Of a stretch of 64,000 nt of DNA, positions 38,446 through 51,189 are shown in pieces. The position numbers were made by a program, and so were the translations under genes. This DNA comes from Basidiobolus meristosporus CBS 931.73 (taxonomy: Eukaryota > Fungi > Basidiobolomycota). The DNA lies in contig MCFE01000066.1 in assembly GCA_002104905.1 (NCBI GenBank), positions 126,382-190,381 of the forward strand, given 5' to 3'. The notes beneath the pieces were generated by a model, which was not told the DNA's origin, made no database searches, and worked only from the letters and a program-made list of their open reading frames with translations. Positions within the stretch are counted from its first letter, which is position 1, and each line of letters starts with the position of its first letter.

Positions 38446-41400
38446 ATGACTCCAGAATACTCCACATTTCGAAAGCCCCAAAGGGCCAACTCTTATGATA
38501 CTCGCAGATTTGAAAGCCTGAGTGGCTCAGATATCTCAGCTACTCAGAGCAGGAATAGAGGTAGTCTGGTAGGTTCAAACCTACGACGAAACGTCTCCTT
38601 TTCTATCGACACCCAGTCAGCCAATTTTGATGGATACCAAGAAACAAGACAAGCCGATGGGGCGCTCGGGAACGTTCGCAGTTTGATGTTGAACAGCCTC
38701 ATTTCCCCAAGGCACGAGTACTCCAAAGATGTATACCAAAGTAGCTTTGCCGAAGGGCTTGGCACGCTATCCGGCCCCACGTTTTTCGAACCGGAAATGG
38801 ATGAGAGCTACGCTTCCGTTGAGGTAGTTACATTTCCAACTCTCAGCAGCTCCCTATGCCTTCTACTTACGAGCCACTCTCTCGAATTTTCTAGCCGGAT
38901 AACGATACGGCCTTACGCTTCAATAATAGGGTGAAGCGAGTATGTTTCCCTGTAAAATTTGGCCAATTTTTCGTAAGCATTGACGGGTTTTCTGAATCAT
39001 AGAACGAGAGCTTCGATAGCTTTGGAAACCGCAACGGCAGATTGGAGTTGAGTTCCACCGGTTTACCACCCGTCACGGCTTTGTATGGATCCAACGGCAG
39101 CTCCCAAATCGACACCAGAGCACGATCCAACACACTTCCAATTGCTCGCCCAGCTCCACCAACTCACCCTTCAATGAGTGCTCTCCCAGGTCCTTTTGGG
39201 GCATTCCAACCGAGTCCTGGTAATTATAGGTCGAATGAGAGCCAAGAGCGAACAGCGGGTGCAGGGCCACCTCCCAAGTCAGTTCCCGTCTCCCGCAGAA
39301 ACTCCAACGAGAGATTGGACATATGGGAGGATTTTGAGGGCCTTGCTTTGAGCGAATCGAAGGGGCCTGCTAAAGAGTAAGTCATTCCTGCTCAGGAGCG
39401 GCAATGCAATCCTTACTGACCAGCTTGATTCCCATCAGTGGAGTTCGCATGTCGTTGTTCAATGAAAGCCCTGACCACCACAACCCCAGCACTGATTTCC
39501 CACCATTTTCCGAGAGACTTGTCTTCGAGGATGAGAACACTAGCTCAGGTAAACAGTCCTTTTGTAGGTTTGGTCGGAAAGGTTTCTCAATGCGTTGCGT
39601 GAGATAGGGTTCACTCGAAGGTACTCGCAGACGAGCTCAGGCAGCAAAAGATTCCCTCCTATCGCACACAGAGATAGTTATCCAGATTTGGTTCGTGCCG
39701 CCTTAGATTTTCTCGGCATTGAATGGCGAAGTTCTTATTCTCATTGACTCTAGGTAACGACTTCTTCTGCCGCTTTGGACCTGGCATATGTGCCGCAGGC
39801 TGCACGTCAAAGTGGTGCTGATCTGCACAACCCCGACTGGGAGCAGATTTCTTCCGCCCAGGCCAACGACCATGGTCTTAGACAGACAAGACCAGCTTTG
39901 AGACAAGCTGCATCGATGTACATTGGATCGAGAAAAGGCCCCCCACTCTCGATCAATACTGTCATGTACGCAAATGAAATCCCCCAACAGGAAGCTTACC
40001 TCGCGGATAGCATGACTACTCTTGGCAACATAGATCCCGTGTTTGGCCGAATCCACGCCAATCCGCGTGATCTGTCCGACAGATCCGTATCCCCACCGAG
40101 CAACATTTGTCGCTTCTTCCAGCAAGGCTACTGCTCCCGTGGGGATAGATGCACCTTTATTCACACCTTCAAATCCGTTCCGCCTGAGTCGCCTCATCCG
40201 ATTCTATCCCCAGTCAGCAATGGCGTGAGTCCATACAACTACCCGGCCAGCCCCCTGAGCCCCACATTCTACAACCAACTGCCCAACAACGGCTTCCACA
40301 ACTATACCAAGGCTGGGTTCAACAATTTAAGCCCCAGCAATGGGAAATCTGCCCAACCCAACTCGGGCGCTAGTAAGCAGGTCGCGAAGAAAGCCTCCAC
40401 CGACGTAGAGGCCTCGAATAGGTTCTCCGGGGTGCCCATTGAAGATATGGTTGGGGAAGTTTACTCGTTGTGCAAAGATCAACACGGATGCAGGTATTTG
40501 CAGAAGAAACTTGAGGAGCAAAACCAGAAGTACGTGGATATCATTTTCCACGAAGTCTACGGTCACTTCGTTGAGTTGATGACCGATCCCTTCGGCAACT
40601 ATCTCTGCCAGAAGCTCCTCGAATTTTGCAACGATGAGCAAAGAACCGCAATTGTCGACACGGTTGCCCCTGAGCTTGTGAACATTTCGCTGAACATCCA
40701 TGGCACCAGAGCTGTCCAGAAGATGATTGAGTTTCTATCCAACACTCAGCAGGTCTCTCCTGGTCACTCTACTCACCCAAGACACGTTCTAAACACCGAT
40801 CTGATTTAGATTCGAATGATCATAGTTGCGCTCAACACCAGCGTAGTCACGCTCATTAAGGTACGATCTGATGCCAATTAATGCAAAAACGACGAACTAA
40901 AGGCCACCTCCCCTGCTTTAGGATCTCAACGGCAACCATGTTGTCCAGAAATGTCTCAATCGCCTCAAGTCGGCGGACAACCAGGTTATTCTCCAAGCCG
41001 ATGTTTCGTTGGATACTGGCTAAACAACTTCTTTCAGTTTATTTACAACGGCGTCTGCGACAGCCTGATTGAGGTTGCTACGCATCGACACGGATGCTGC
41101 GTGCTACAGCGCTGTATCGACTATTCTTCTGAGACCCAAAAGGTAAGTTCCCCGGGACTAAGCATCTGACGACGCCCCGCCACTAACCACTTATCCATTA
41201 GTCCCAATTGGTTTCGGCGATCACATACCACGCCCTTACTCTCGTCCAGGTAAACTTACCACCTGGTTGATTACGTTTGCCATCCATTCCTTAGACCTCA
41301 TTGTTAGGATCCGTTTGGCAATTACGTTGTGCAATACGTGTTGGACCTCAACGAGCCCCGCCTGTCAGATCCCTTGATCCGTAGGTTCTTTGGAAATACC

Positions 41401-41911
41401 TGCCTTTTGTCTGTGCAGAAGTTCAGCTCGAATGTGATGGAGAAGGTGGGTGGAGTGGTATTGCCGGTACTGTATAGTCAACAACTTAACGAGGGATTTC
41501 CCATTTTCAGTGCATCCGCGTCTCCAAGCCAGAAACGCGCAAGGGGCTTATCGATGAGCTTCTCAACCGCGAAACCCTCGATAAGCTGTTGAGAGACTCA
41601 TTCGGCAATTACGTGGTTCAAACAGCACTCGACTATGCCGAAGCCAATCAACGCCTTATGGTTAGTATGATGGACATCTATGAGCGCAGGGAGGCCTTAC
41701 TAAACGTGTATCCGACTAGCTGGTCGACGCAATCCGACCTCTCCTTCCGGCCATTCGCAATACTCCCTACGGAAAACGCATACAAGGGAAACTCCTCCGC
41801 GAGCAGGTGCACTCCGCTCCCCAACAACAGAACGTGGGTTCGTACGGCTACAACTACAGAGGTCCGATGAACATGATCGGTATGAATGATGTAAGCTACT
41901 CGTATATGTAA
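38446..41911 (+). CDS. Puf4/Puf5-family Pumilio RNA-binding protein with a CCCH zinc finger
   Basis: CCCH finger CRFFQQGYCSRGDRCTFIH. Eight PUF repeats have recognition triplets CRQ, NYQ, TRQ, NHQ, CCQ, NYQ, SNE, NYQ. The last exon ends NTPYGKRIQGKL...SYM*. Confidence 0.88.
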
Positions 41912-42704
41912 AGGCCCGTCTTCAAAATCATGGAAGCTTTCCACGCGAAGCAATCTCAAGCGAAGCCATATGTATTATCTAATGTTCCAAACACATTCCT
42001 CTTGACCACCATTACTGCCAACGTCTTCATCCTCTTTCTATAGACCTTTGTTACAGATATTGGTTGGATGTACTTTAGATCCATTTCTCCTTTCTTGGCA
42101 TGAAAGAAGCATTTGTAGGGATCCAGCATATTAATGTACTTTTGTTTCCCATGAATTCGTACCCGGCTAAATGCCTTCCCAACGCCCACTCTAACTTACT
42201 GCAAACAACTCTTTCATCTACGAAAGCGCCAAGTTTTGATGCCCCTTGACCTAACCCCAGCCCAACTCTTATACTTACCTAACCCCAGCCTCCCTCAGCG
42301 GTCAATCTTGGTTCCTGTTCCCACATATGGTTTTCTTTTCATGTTCTTTCTACCCCCCTCCCATGTGGACATAATGTATTCTATCGGTGACCCCACTTTC
42401 CTTGCGCATCGGGCGGACCTTTTCCTTGTCGGGCCTCGACCCAACGGGCAAGCACGAGGGCGCCTTTCTTATCAATCCCCACCCCAAATAGCACTTATAA
42501 TGTAACAACATCTTTTCCACCACTTTTATTGCATCAATCCAGTAGCAGAGACTTGTTCCATTTAATTATCGGGCGACAAGTCGGACTCCCACCGGTTTAC
42601 ATCCCCCGTCCCCAACGCTCTCGACAGTGCATGCCCGGGGTTCGGCAGGCGGGTCAGGGGAATCGCGGGGGAATCAAGGGAAGGCGAAAGCAACAAATGG
42701 GACT

Positions 42705-44209
42705 TCATTCCAACAACTCTCGTGCCTCGAGCAAACCCACCGGGGAGTAATCCACGCCTACCCTACGGGAATTCGGGCAACAGTCCGCTTTTACATACCA
42801 CTGTTGCATGGTGGATTTATGATCCATCTCCTTTATTAACATCCCAGATAACTCGTCGGGGGTCAATCGAAATTCCTCATCCAGCGAGAACTGTGTCGGT
42901 TCCGGGAGAGACTCCTCGTCGTCGGAGAAGTCGGCAAACGGGTCGTCCAGGCTCTCCTCCAGGTTGATCCAGCACATCTTGCCTGAATCAAACGTCATGT
43001 TCCCGTTTAGGTGAGCATCTCCTTTGGCCAAGGGTGGTACGGTCATTCTAGAAGGGCATCTGGCCACGGCTGGAGGGGAATAAGCTGGTTAGGACTGAAC
43101 AGACGATTGCCGATGTCATGACTACCTGTAGAACGCGTGTTTGATCCGGTTTGGCTTATGGAGATGCGAAGTAGTCGTTCTTCGATGAGCCGGTCTTTCG
43201 TGGCCTTCGCTGGCAGTTGGGCCATCGCAGGGGAATAATCAGCGATAGGGATTGGTTGGGAGGGGGACGCTGTGCAATTCATCTGGCCAAGTGAGGTGCT
43301 TGCCGGCATCGGCGACCGCGACGGTGTTGAGTGGAGAGCGTTGGAAATGCGGTGGGTTTTGAGCATGAAGGAGTCGATCCAATCGTCGTTTCCACCGAAC
43401 TCAAGCTCTTCCGTTATCTCCTCAGCTTCGCTAGAGTCCCTTTCTATTGACGATCTTCCAAGAGGGTGTGTCGCAGCTCTATCCACCAGCTCGTGGAGTG
43501 TAAAGCAATCCCGAGTTTGAGGTTGTGGAGTGATCGAAGGTGAGCCTGATGGAGTAGAGGGAAAGGAATCATCACTATTCAACTCCACATCCGAGCACCC
43601 CTCCATATCCTCTGCATAAATCCCAACTGAACCTAGACCAAGTGGCCTCGTTTCAAATTGTTGTGGAGGGTCGGGGATATCTCGATCGACGCTGCGAGGG
43701 GGGCTGAAACCCCCTTTCTCCCTGGTTGGAGAAATTAAGGTGTCGGGATGCAAGTGCGTGGAATTGGGGGCTAGACAAAGTAAGCGCTCCGTAATTATAC
43801 GGTCAAATGTGTGGAAACAACATTCGGGTACACTAAGCCTATGCCTTGCTTGGGTGCCACAGGACGTACAGATGGGTATAAATGGTAGTTTAGAACGGGT
43901 ATTCGCTTCCGTGTTAGGGGAAGAAGAGGTGTAGGGGCCCAGAGGCCTCGCGCAAAGCGAGGTGTTATTTCTCCTCTCGGAGGTCAATCGTTTTTGAGAC
44001 GGTATACGTACCGGAGTAAAGGCGTTTTGTGGGTAGGCTTGCCTTGCTTGTGTATCCTTCAAACTACTGGTATATTTCCTGGTTGGAGCTGGTAAGCCTT
44101 TCTTTAGCTTTCCTAGGCCAAGTCCCATATCCAGCCAGGGAGAGTCCGTGAGATCGGTGGGTGTGGAGAGGTAGCTTAGTAGGTGAGCAGTGTCCAGCAT
44201 TTTAGACAC
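42705..44209 (-). CDS. Byr4/Bfa1-like SIN/MEN GAP scaffold (2 exons, intron about 43070-43128)
   Basis: The C-terminal GNMTFDSGKMCWINLEESLDDPFADFSDDE...EEF resembles the Bfa1/Byr4 G.M.FD...CW...DPFA motif. The N-terminal region is Ser/Pro-rich. The start is uncertain. Confidence 0.5.
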
Positions 44210-44748
44210 AGTGAAAGAACTGCAGCAACACTTGTTAGGTTAGGGATTAGTTTAGGGGGAAGTTGGTCAAGGTTAAGAAGAGTACTTTAGGGCTTGGGTA
44301 TGTGGGTACTGTGTAGTCAAGCAAAGAGCTAACTAATCGGCATAGGGTAGTCCAAGGAATTTATCACGCGAACAAACACTCGACTGCTCACAGGAAAAGG
44401 ATTCTCGGGGATACCACCACAATTCTTCTCTGAAGAGGAATTCTTTGGACCGTCCAAGGAAAAAGAAGAGTTGATACGAAGAACACGCCACCATCAGCAT
44501 CGACATGGTTACTTATACCAATCGTAGCTGATCATAGATCCGATGCAACCCCGCCTGTATTTATCAATATATATAATAAGGCTTGCATTGCAGCCCGCAT
44601 TGGATTGATGGAGTTCAAAGTTTATTACACCTGCCACGCGGTAGAATATACAGTCTCAATGGAATTGAAAATGCGCCAATAAAAAGTTAAAATGTAATGG
44701 AACCTTGAACTGGAGGTTAATGGATGTTCACTCTGGTTAGGTCAATTT

Positions 44749-45555
44749 CTAAAAGAAGAATGGGACGATTAAAAGGAGTCCGGCAATCGTGGCTGTACTG
44801 AACGAGTTCAAATTCCCGGAGTTATGTTCGTTGCTACTGGCTGGAGTAGCCTGTGGTTGTGAGCGATCTTCTGGTGTCTGTTGGTTTCCTGGCTGTCCAG
44901 CATTGGCATTATCGCCACTTGGGTTAGGGTTGGTGGGCTGGGCTGTTGGCTCTGCTGTTGCCGGAGGATTATGGTCAGTTGCTTGGCTAGTGGCCTCTGG
45001 GTTGTGGTCAGATGGTTGGGCTGTAGCTTCCGGGTTGTGGTCAGATGGCTGAGCCGTAGCATCTGGGTTATGATCAGATGGGTGCTCGGTAGCTCCTGGA
45101 TCCGCAGTCACGGGATGATCGGTTCCTGGAGGGTGCTCACCCCCAGGAACCAAGGGCGGGACTACTCCACCCGGGTTAACAGTACTGGTTGGCTCACTGG
45201 TGTCAGTATGACTGGCGCCAGTTCCATCCGAATGGGCCGGTGGCTGATTAGCCTCAGGACTAGGGGTGGCAGTCTCGACAACAACAGTGGTGGTCGTGAC
45301 CCCGTTTGTATCCTCACCACTGCCGTCACCGCCCGCACCATTGCCATTTCCATTATCGTGGCCTTGACCACTGTTACCGTCTTCTCCACCATTGCAATAA
45401 TCAGCGGTGGTGCCGCAGTAACCCCATTTGGAGCAGCATTGCCCTTCAGGACACTGGACACCATTTCCGCACGAGCCATCTTGGGAGGTGTTCTGCGACA
45501 GAGACGGGCCAACAAGGAAAAGAGAAGTAATGGCGAGTACCTTTAGAAGATGCAT
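44749..45555 (-). CDS. Secreted, probably GPI-anchored chitin-binding (hevein/CBM18) cell-surface protein
   Basis: Signal peptide, then CGNGVQCPEGQCCSKWGYCGTTADYC, a G/T/P-rich stalk, and a hydrophobic C-terminus after an NSG/S omega-like region. Confidence 0.85.
   Translation of the reverse strand: MHLLKVLAITSLFLVGPSLSQNTSQDGSCGNGVQCPEGQCCSKWGYCGTTADYCNGGEDGNSGQGHDNGNGNGAGGDGSGEDTNGVTTTTVVVETATPSPEANQPPAHSDGTGASHTDTSEPTSTVNPGGVVPPLVPGGEHPPGTDHPVTADPGATEHPSDHNPDATAQPSDHNPEATAQPSDHNPEATSQATDHNPPATAEPTAQPTNPNPSGDNANAGQPGNQQTPEDRSQPQATPASSNEHNSGNLNSFSTATIAGLLLIVPFFF
44960..45095 (-). repeat. Intragenic 33-bp tandem repeat (PSDHNPEATAQ-like, about 4 units)
   Basis: Protein reads HPSDHNPDATAQ-PSDHNPEATAQ-PSDHNPEATSQ-ATDHNPPATAE. 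Confidence 0.85.
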
Positions 45556-46233
45556 GTTAGAAGTTAGATTTAGAGGTTAGAAAGGTTGTTTAGCGGGTAT
45601 TGTTTGCTTTCTTACGTCCAAGCATGGTGGGCTTAAATACCTCCGGAACCTTGCTTGACACCCAGCAAGCGCGTCTGCTCGTACGACGTAGCGAGCAAAA
45701 TAAACAAATCACTGACCACGATTGCATCCCAGCCACATCTTTCGACCAATTCGGTGTTTCAACTTGCCGGTGACGTAAATCCAGGATAGTGGCGATGTTC
45801 GCTTCGAAGTTCGCGCATGAATTTCGCCCTTCGATGAAGCCAATGGGCACGTCAGTTACCAAGTGACTAAGCCCTTGTTGCAAACATGGTGGGTTCCTTG
45901 GCATTGCAAACACAGTCATGGATCGGGTAAACTGTAACCTGGGTAACTAACTTCCCGGCTTCAATCGGGGGTTTATTTAAATTCAATGATATCCAGAGAT
46001 GTCGGGAGATTTCATGGGAATGTGAAAGGGAAAGATAATGGTCGTTACTCAATGCCGAAAAGTATCATTGCGATTAGGATTAGGTGATTTGATAAATATC
46101 GAAATGTTGGGGGTATTCGAGATTTCGATAGTTCGTGGATTGTTAGGTTAAACGTTGTGTTGAGCTGAGGGATCTTGTGTCAACTTGAGTCCAGTAGGTG
46201 AGAGGAAAGATTAAAAAATATGGACAAAAATTC

Positions 46234-48824
46234 TCAGTGATATTGATTCATCTCTGTATTGGAAGCCACCATGTTTTTGGTAGAGATGTCTAATAATGCT
46301 TCGATGGATGGCTGCAGATGGCCCTTGTTGGCGTGAAGGATGGATTCACATGTTTCTGGATCAATGCTGGTGAACATATCCTTTAGAATGGCCAATGCTT
46401 TGCTATAATCCACCGAAGAGCCTGGTGTTCTTTCGGACGTAGGAGATTTGCGAAGGGGCGTGGTTGGATAAGTTGGGCCAACAGTGGAGGATCTCTTTCG
46501 TGCACTTAGGGGTGAGGATAGGTTGTTGAGGTCCCGAGCTTCACGAAGGCTAGAGATACTCGGCTTATCGCCACTTCTGGGCAAGCTATAGGACGTCGGG
46601 CGTGTTGACATTGGTTGAGATCGGCTGGGGGTTTTGATAGTAACTGCATCTTCACTTTCAATATCGGAGAGGAAACGAGATATTATACTAGCAGGACGAG
46701 TACTCTGGCGTAGTGAGTGCGACTTGCTAGACGGCTCGAGCGAGTGACGAGGATTCTTCTGGTTCGGTGTGGAAACTGCATTCATGGAAGTATCACAGCT
46801 CAATGATCTGCTTAGTGGTTCTGGTAAAGATTGCCTGGGGGATATTTCTTCCACCGTTTGGTCGATATATCTGTAGCAATAGAGGATCGTGAGTGACGCA
46901 TTGCGTAGCTAAGATGGGCTCGAGCACAATACCGGTTGAACTCATCCTCAGAGATAGAGAGCGACTTGCAATCCATACTTTCAATAAAGGAGATTGCTCC
47001 CATCTGATATGCTGTTAACGCTAAGCTAGACGCCACTTCAAATGCGGAGAGAACATACCAGGTTAGTCAAGTAGTAGCCTGCTTCAGATTGGAGTTTATC
47101 TGGATTCCTGAAGCGCGAAATGTATCTACAAATGTATGAGCGAGGGGATCAGGTAAGTAGTCAAGTGCGATGGTACATACTGTACATTGGAGATGAGTTT
47201 TGATGGATTGGCTCTAATGACTACCAGAATCAGAACCGGAAGGAACCTATCGGCGCTGGTGTCAGTATTCAAATGCTTCAACAATCGTAAATCAGAGTTA
47301 AAGATGCTGGTATTGGGTTTAGCAAGGTAGCAGCATGTAATAAAAAGGATATCAAAAATGATGATGCAACAGTTCAGAATACATATTAGCTTATCGCGCG
47401 GAGCTTTGTAGTGGTTCATTTTCAATAGCTCTAGGTTCATCGTGCTGTTAGTATTGGCGAGAGCAGGGTGGGCAGGGAAATGCCTACCAGCTTGAGCAAA
47501 TTGCAAGAATGAGTCGTTATGGCTATTGGCGGGAATATCGAGGTGTTCTTCGCGAACCCATCTGTACAGTTGAATTCTTTGACTCAACACCTCATCTTTC
47601 TCCGCATCATCAGTAGTGACTGGGCAAAAAGCACTAGATTTGTTGAGGATCAATGGCGTCGGAAGAAGAGTAGACATTCTCTTACTATTTATAAAGCCGG
47701 TTCATGACGAGCTTTTCCATTCCTTCGGTAGCATTTTCGAATTCTTTCTCTGTTGCGTTGTGCCAGAGCTCACATCCTTGCATCTTCAGCGATATACTCT
47801 GTGTAGCTGATCGGTTAGTTTGTGCGTCGGCTGTTTTTCAGGCCTGACATGCTTACATCAAGAAACTCGTGAATAGTTCTGATTTGCTCGTTGACGGATA
47901 GAGGTTTGCGACCAAAATCTCTTAGAAAACTAGGCCAATATTTCAGTTTCTGTAGGTGTTACACTCTCACAACTATGCATCTTACCTTTTCAAATAACGA
48001 GCCACAGGAGCAGCGTTTTTATGGCGCATCTGCTCCAGGAAACGATTGTACTCGAACCGTTCTGGATCCTGATGTGGAGATGGTTCTGGAGTAATATTTC
48101 TGCCACCGTCGGAACCATCACTTTGTACTGGGCTAGAGAATCCTGAATATGGCCCGGGATTCTCCTTCGAGTCCGGCGAGAGATTATTCTTACTCAATGC
48201 TTTACTCTTATCTTGAGAAGCAAGTGGCGACTCCGCTTTTTTCCCGATTAATTTTACTGGTACTGAAGGGACCTCTTGATAAGCGAGTGTTAGCACCTAA
48301 AATTGTATGTGTTGTCATTGAATGTAGGCCAATTACCGGATGACGGGGTCGGGGATGTCGAGTACTTGGAAGTGGTATCAGCATTAGTACTCTCAGCGTG
48401 AGTATGAAAAGAACTCTCCCAAAATTGGCTCGTAGGGTGAGTAGGTAGTTCGGTAGTTGGGGAGTCTGTGGGGGTATGTGGCGTCTCTACCTCATTTGTT
48501 TCACTACAAATACGATGACAACGAAGGGGTAAAATTAGCCCAGTATTTCTTGAAAGCTACTCATGCCCTGAGGATGCATGAGATTGATTCAAAAAGATGT
48601 ATAAAAACCTACACTTCTGATGGCCGGTATACAGAATCGATGTATTTTTGCGAGAGGGGGCTAGGAGGACAGTCTGCCCAAGGATTCTCCTCTGGTGAAT
48701 CGGAAGATTCACTTCGACCTGGTATGGTGATGTTCAATTTTTCTTGCATTATCTCCGACAAACTCTTATCTTGTCCAATGGGTGCCGTAATTGTGGAAGA
48801 AATTAGAGGCTCTATAGGATCCAT
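46234..48824 (-). CDS. VPS9: Rab5 GEF Vps9 (VPS9 domain plus C-terminal CUE domain)
   Basis: Motifs FEYNRFLEQMRHKNAAPVARYL, YKAPRDKLICILNCC, SADRFLPVLI and YYLTNL, plus the CUE domain LKDMFTSIDPETCESILHANKG. The first exon is inferred. Confidence 0.88.
47287..47352 (-). other. U12-type (minor spliceosome) AT-AC intron, 66 nt
   Basis: Donor ATATCCTTTT, branch-like TCTTTAAC 9 nt before the 3' end, acceptor AC. Removing it restores the conserved CILNCCIIIFGLLKHL. Confidence 0.9.
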
Positions 48825-50131
48825 GTTACACTATGGTTATCTTTGAAGCCCCAGAACTCTCGAATTTAGGAAATAACTACCACAGTTAAAGTGATGACTT
48901 GGATTGATTTTGTGGAGTGGGTATTGAATGTTGCCAGATTGTCCAGTTTAGTTCAAACTCAAGTGGTATTTGCTGAGGCTACTGTGCAGGGACGTAGTGA
49001 TGAAAATCCCAGACTAAAAAATGCTGAAGGGATTTCAATTTGAAACAAGTTACAAACACACTGGAGTAAAGGATAAATAAGAGGAGTGGGGTAAAAACGC
49101 TCTTTTAGATGAAATGTTGAATGCTCTCGATAATACGATGCAAGCTTCCGTTTGGCCACCGAAATTAATGTTTCGGTCGACGGCGGGAGTTCGGCTTCCA
49201 AGCATCGGCTTCATGTGTACCATACTGCCACAAACATTTCAATATTCGGAAATCATTTGAAAAATCAACATTGATTGATGCACAGCTATTGGACAAATGC
49301 CCTCTTTGTTTATCGAATGCTGGGACTAGCAACAGCGGATGGATTGTCAACCAGTGACATACTACAGCAAGAGCGCTATCCGTGATTACCCCAATAGCAA
49401 GGGATGTCGAAGCCTCCTTTCACTAATCTGAAGAGAGGATACATCCTTACTAATCCATTGGAGTGCCATCTCACGAAAGGTGTAGTGACCAGAATTTACC
49501 GCAAGCTATATGCCAATTACCACTGGCCTGTAATATTCCACCCCATAGCGAACGTGACTGTGTCTCAACTGCACGTGATCGATTGTTGCAGAGAAGGCAT
49601 TTTATTCACATTCATCATGCTCACAATTGCTTAAAAGCGAATTCATGGGTGGCTGAGCCAGTTGACCACTTCCTCTGGCAGTGCTAATAATCAAAGATCA
49701 ACAAAGCTGTGCATCAATGTCGTGACTAAGGTGATATACTAATAAATGAATATGATTCTTGTTGTCTCCTTACAACGCAACTCCTACCAATCAACCTTTA
49801 CCGCAATCAAGGGCTGTGCTGGTCATTTGTTTCTAAATATGGAGATTACCGCTTACCTATTGATCAAGCAAGGGGACCACAGTAAATCGGATTGTTAAAT
49901 CCCTTGTTGTTTTACATTCAGATCCCCTTATTTTACCTGGCGGGGTCCTTTATATCTCCCAGCTCCCTCCCATTCTCGTAGAACCCTTGGTATCTCCAGT
50001 TACCCAATAACACTAGCAACGAAAGAATATCTATAACTACGCCGCCTTCATATTCTCACTCCCTTAAAACTAACTCTAAACACACTTAGTTGCCGTACAC
50101 TTCTCCCTAAACTCTGCACATACTTTCAAAG

Positions 50132-50675
<544 letters not shown>

Positions 50676-51189
50676 AGGGGTCAATCCTTTCTGAATGTTT
50701 GTCTTATGTATATATGTGGGTATAATGGCTTTGCTTGGCTGGTTTACTACAGTCATCAATATCCAATGTCTACATACTACATGTCGATCCATTGAAAACC
50801 TGTGCTATTCATAGTGCTGCTATTTCCATTCTTTCTCAACTGGTTTTCACATTTAGTTTGGTGTGTACCTTTACGCATTCAGTTTCTTTGCGGATTGTTG
50901 TCTGCTATGAATGTGTGAATAGTGTACGCAGAAGTCTTGTAGTTACTGAGCAATTCACCCATTTCACGTATACGACAATCTAGTCAATAAACGCTTTATG
51001 CTGAGTCTATGGAGAATTTCGGGTGTTCCATTGCACTTACTAATGTGGATCCATTGCTGGAAAATGCGAAAGGTTGGTCAAAGATCAGCCATATTTGACT
51101 CATTTTGGGTTTGTGTGCAACATGATGGATGATTCAATTTATTAAAGAATTCTTGTCAAGATAGAGATGAGCTCGTTATATCAGCTGAT

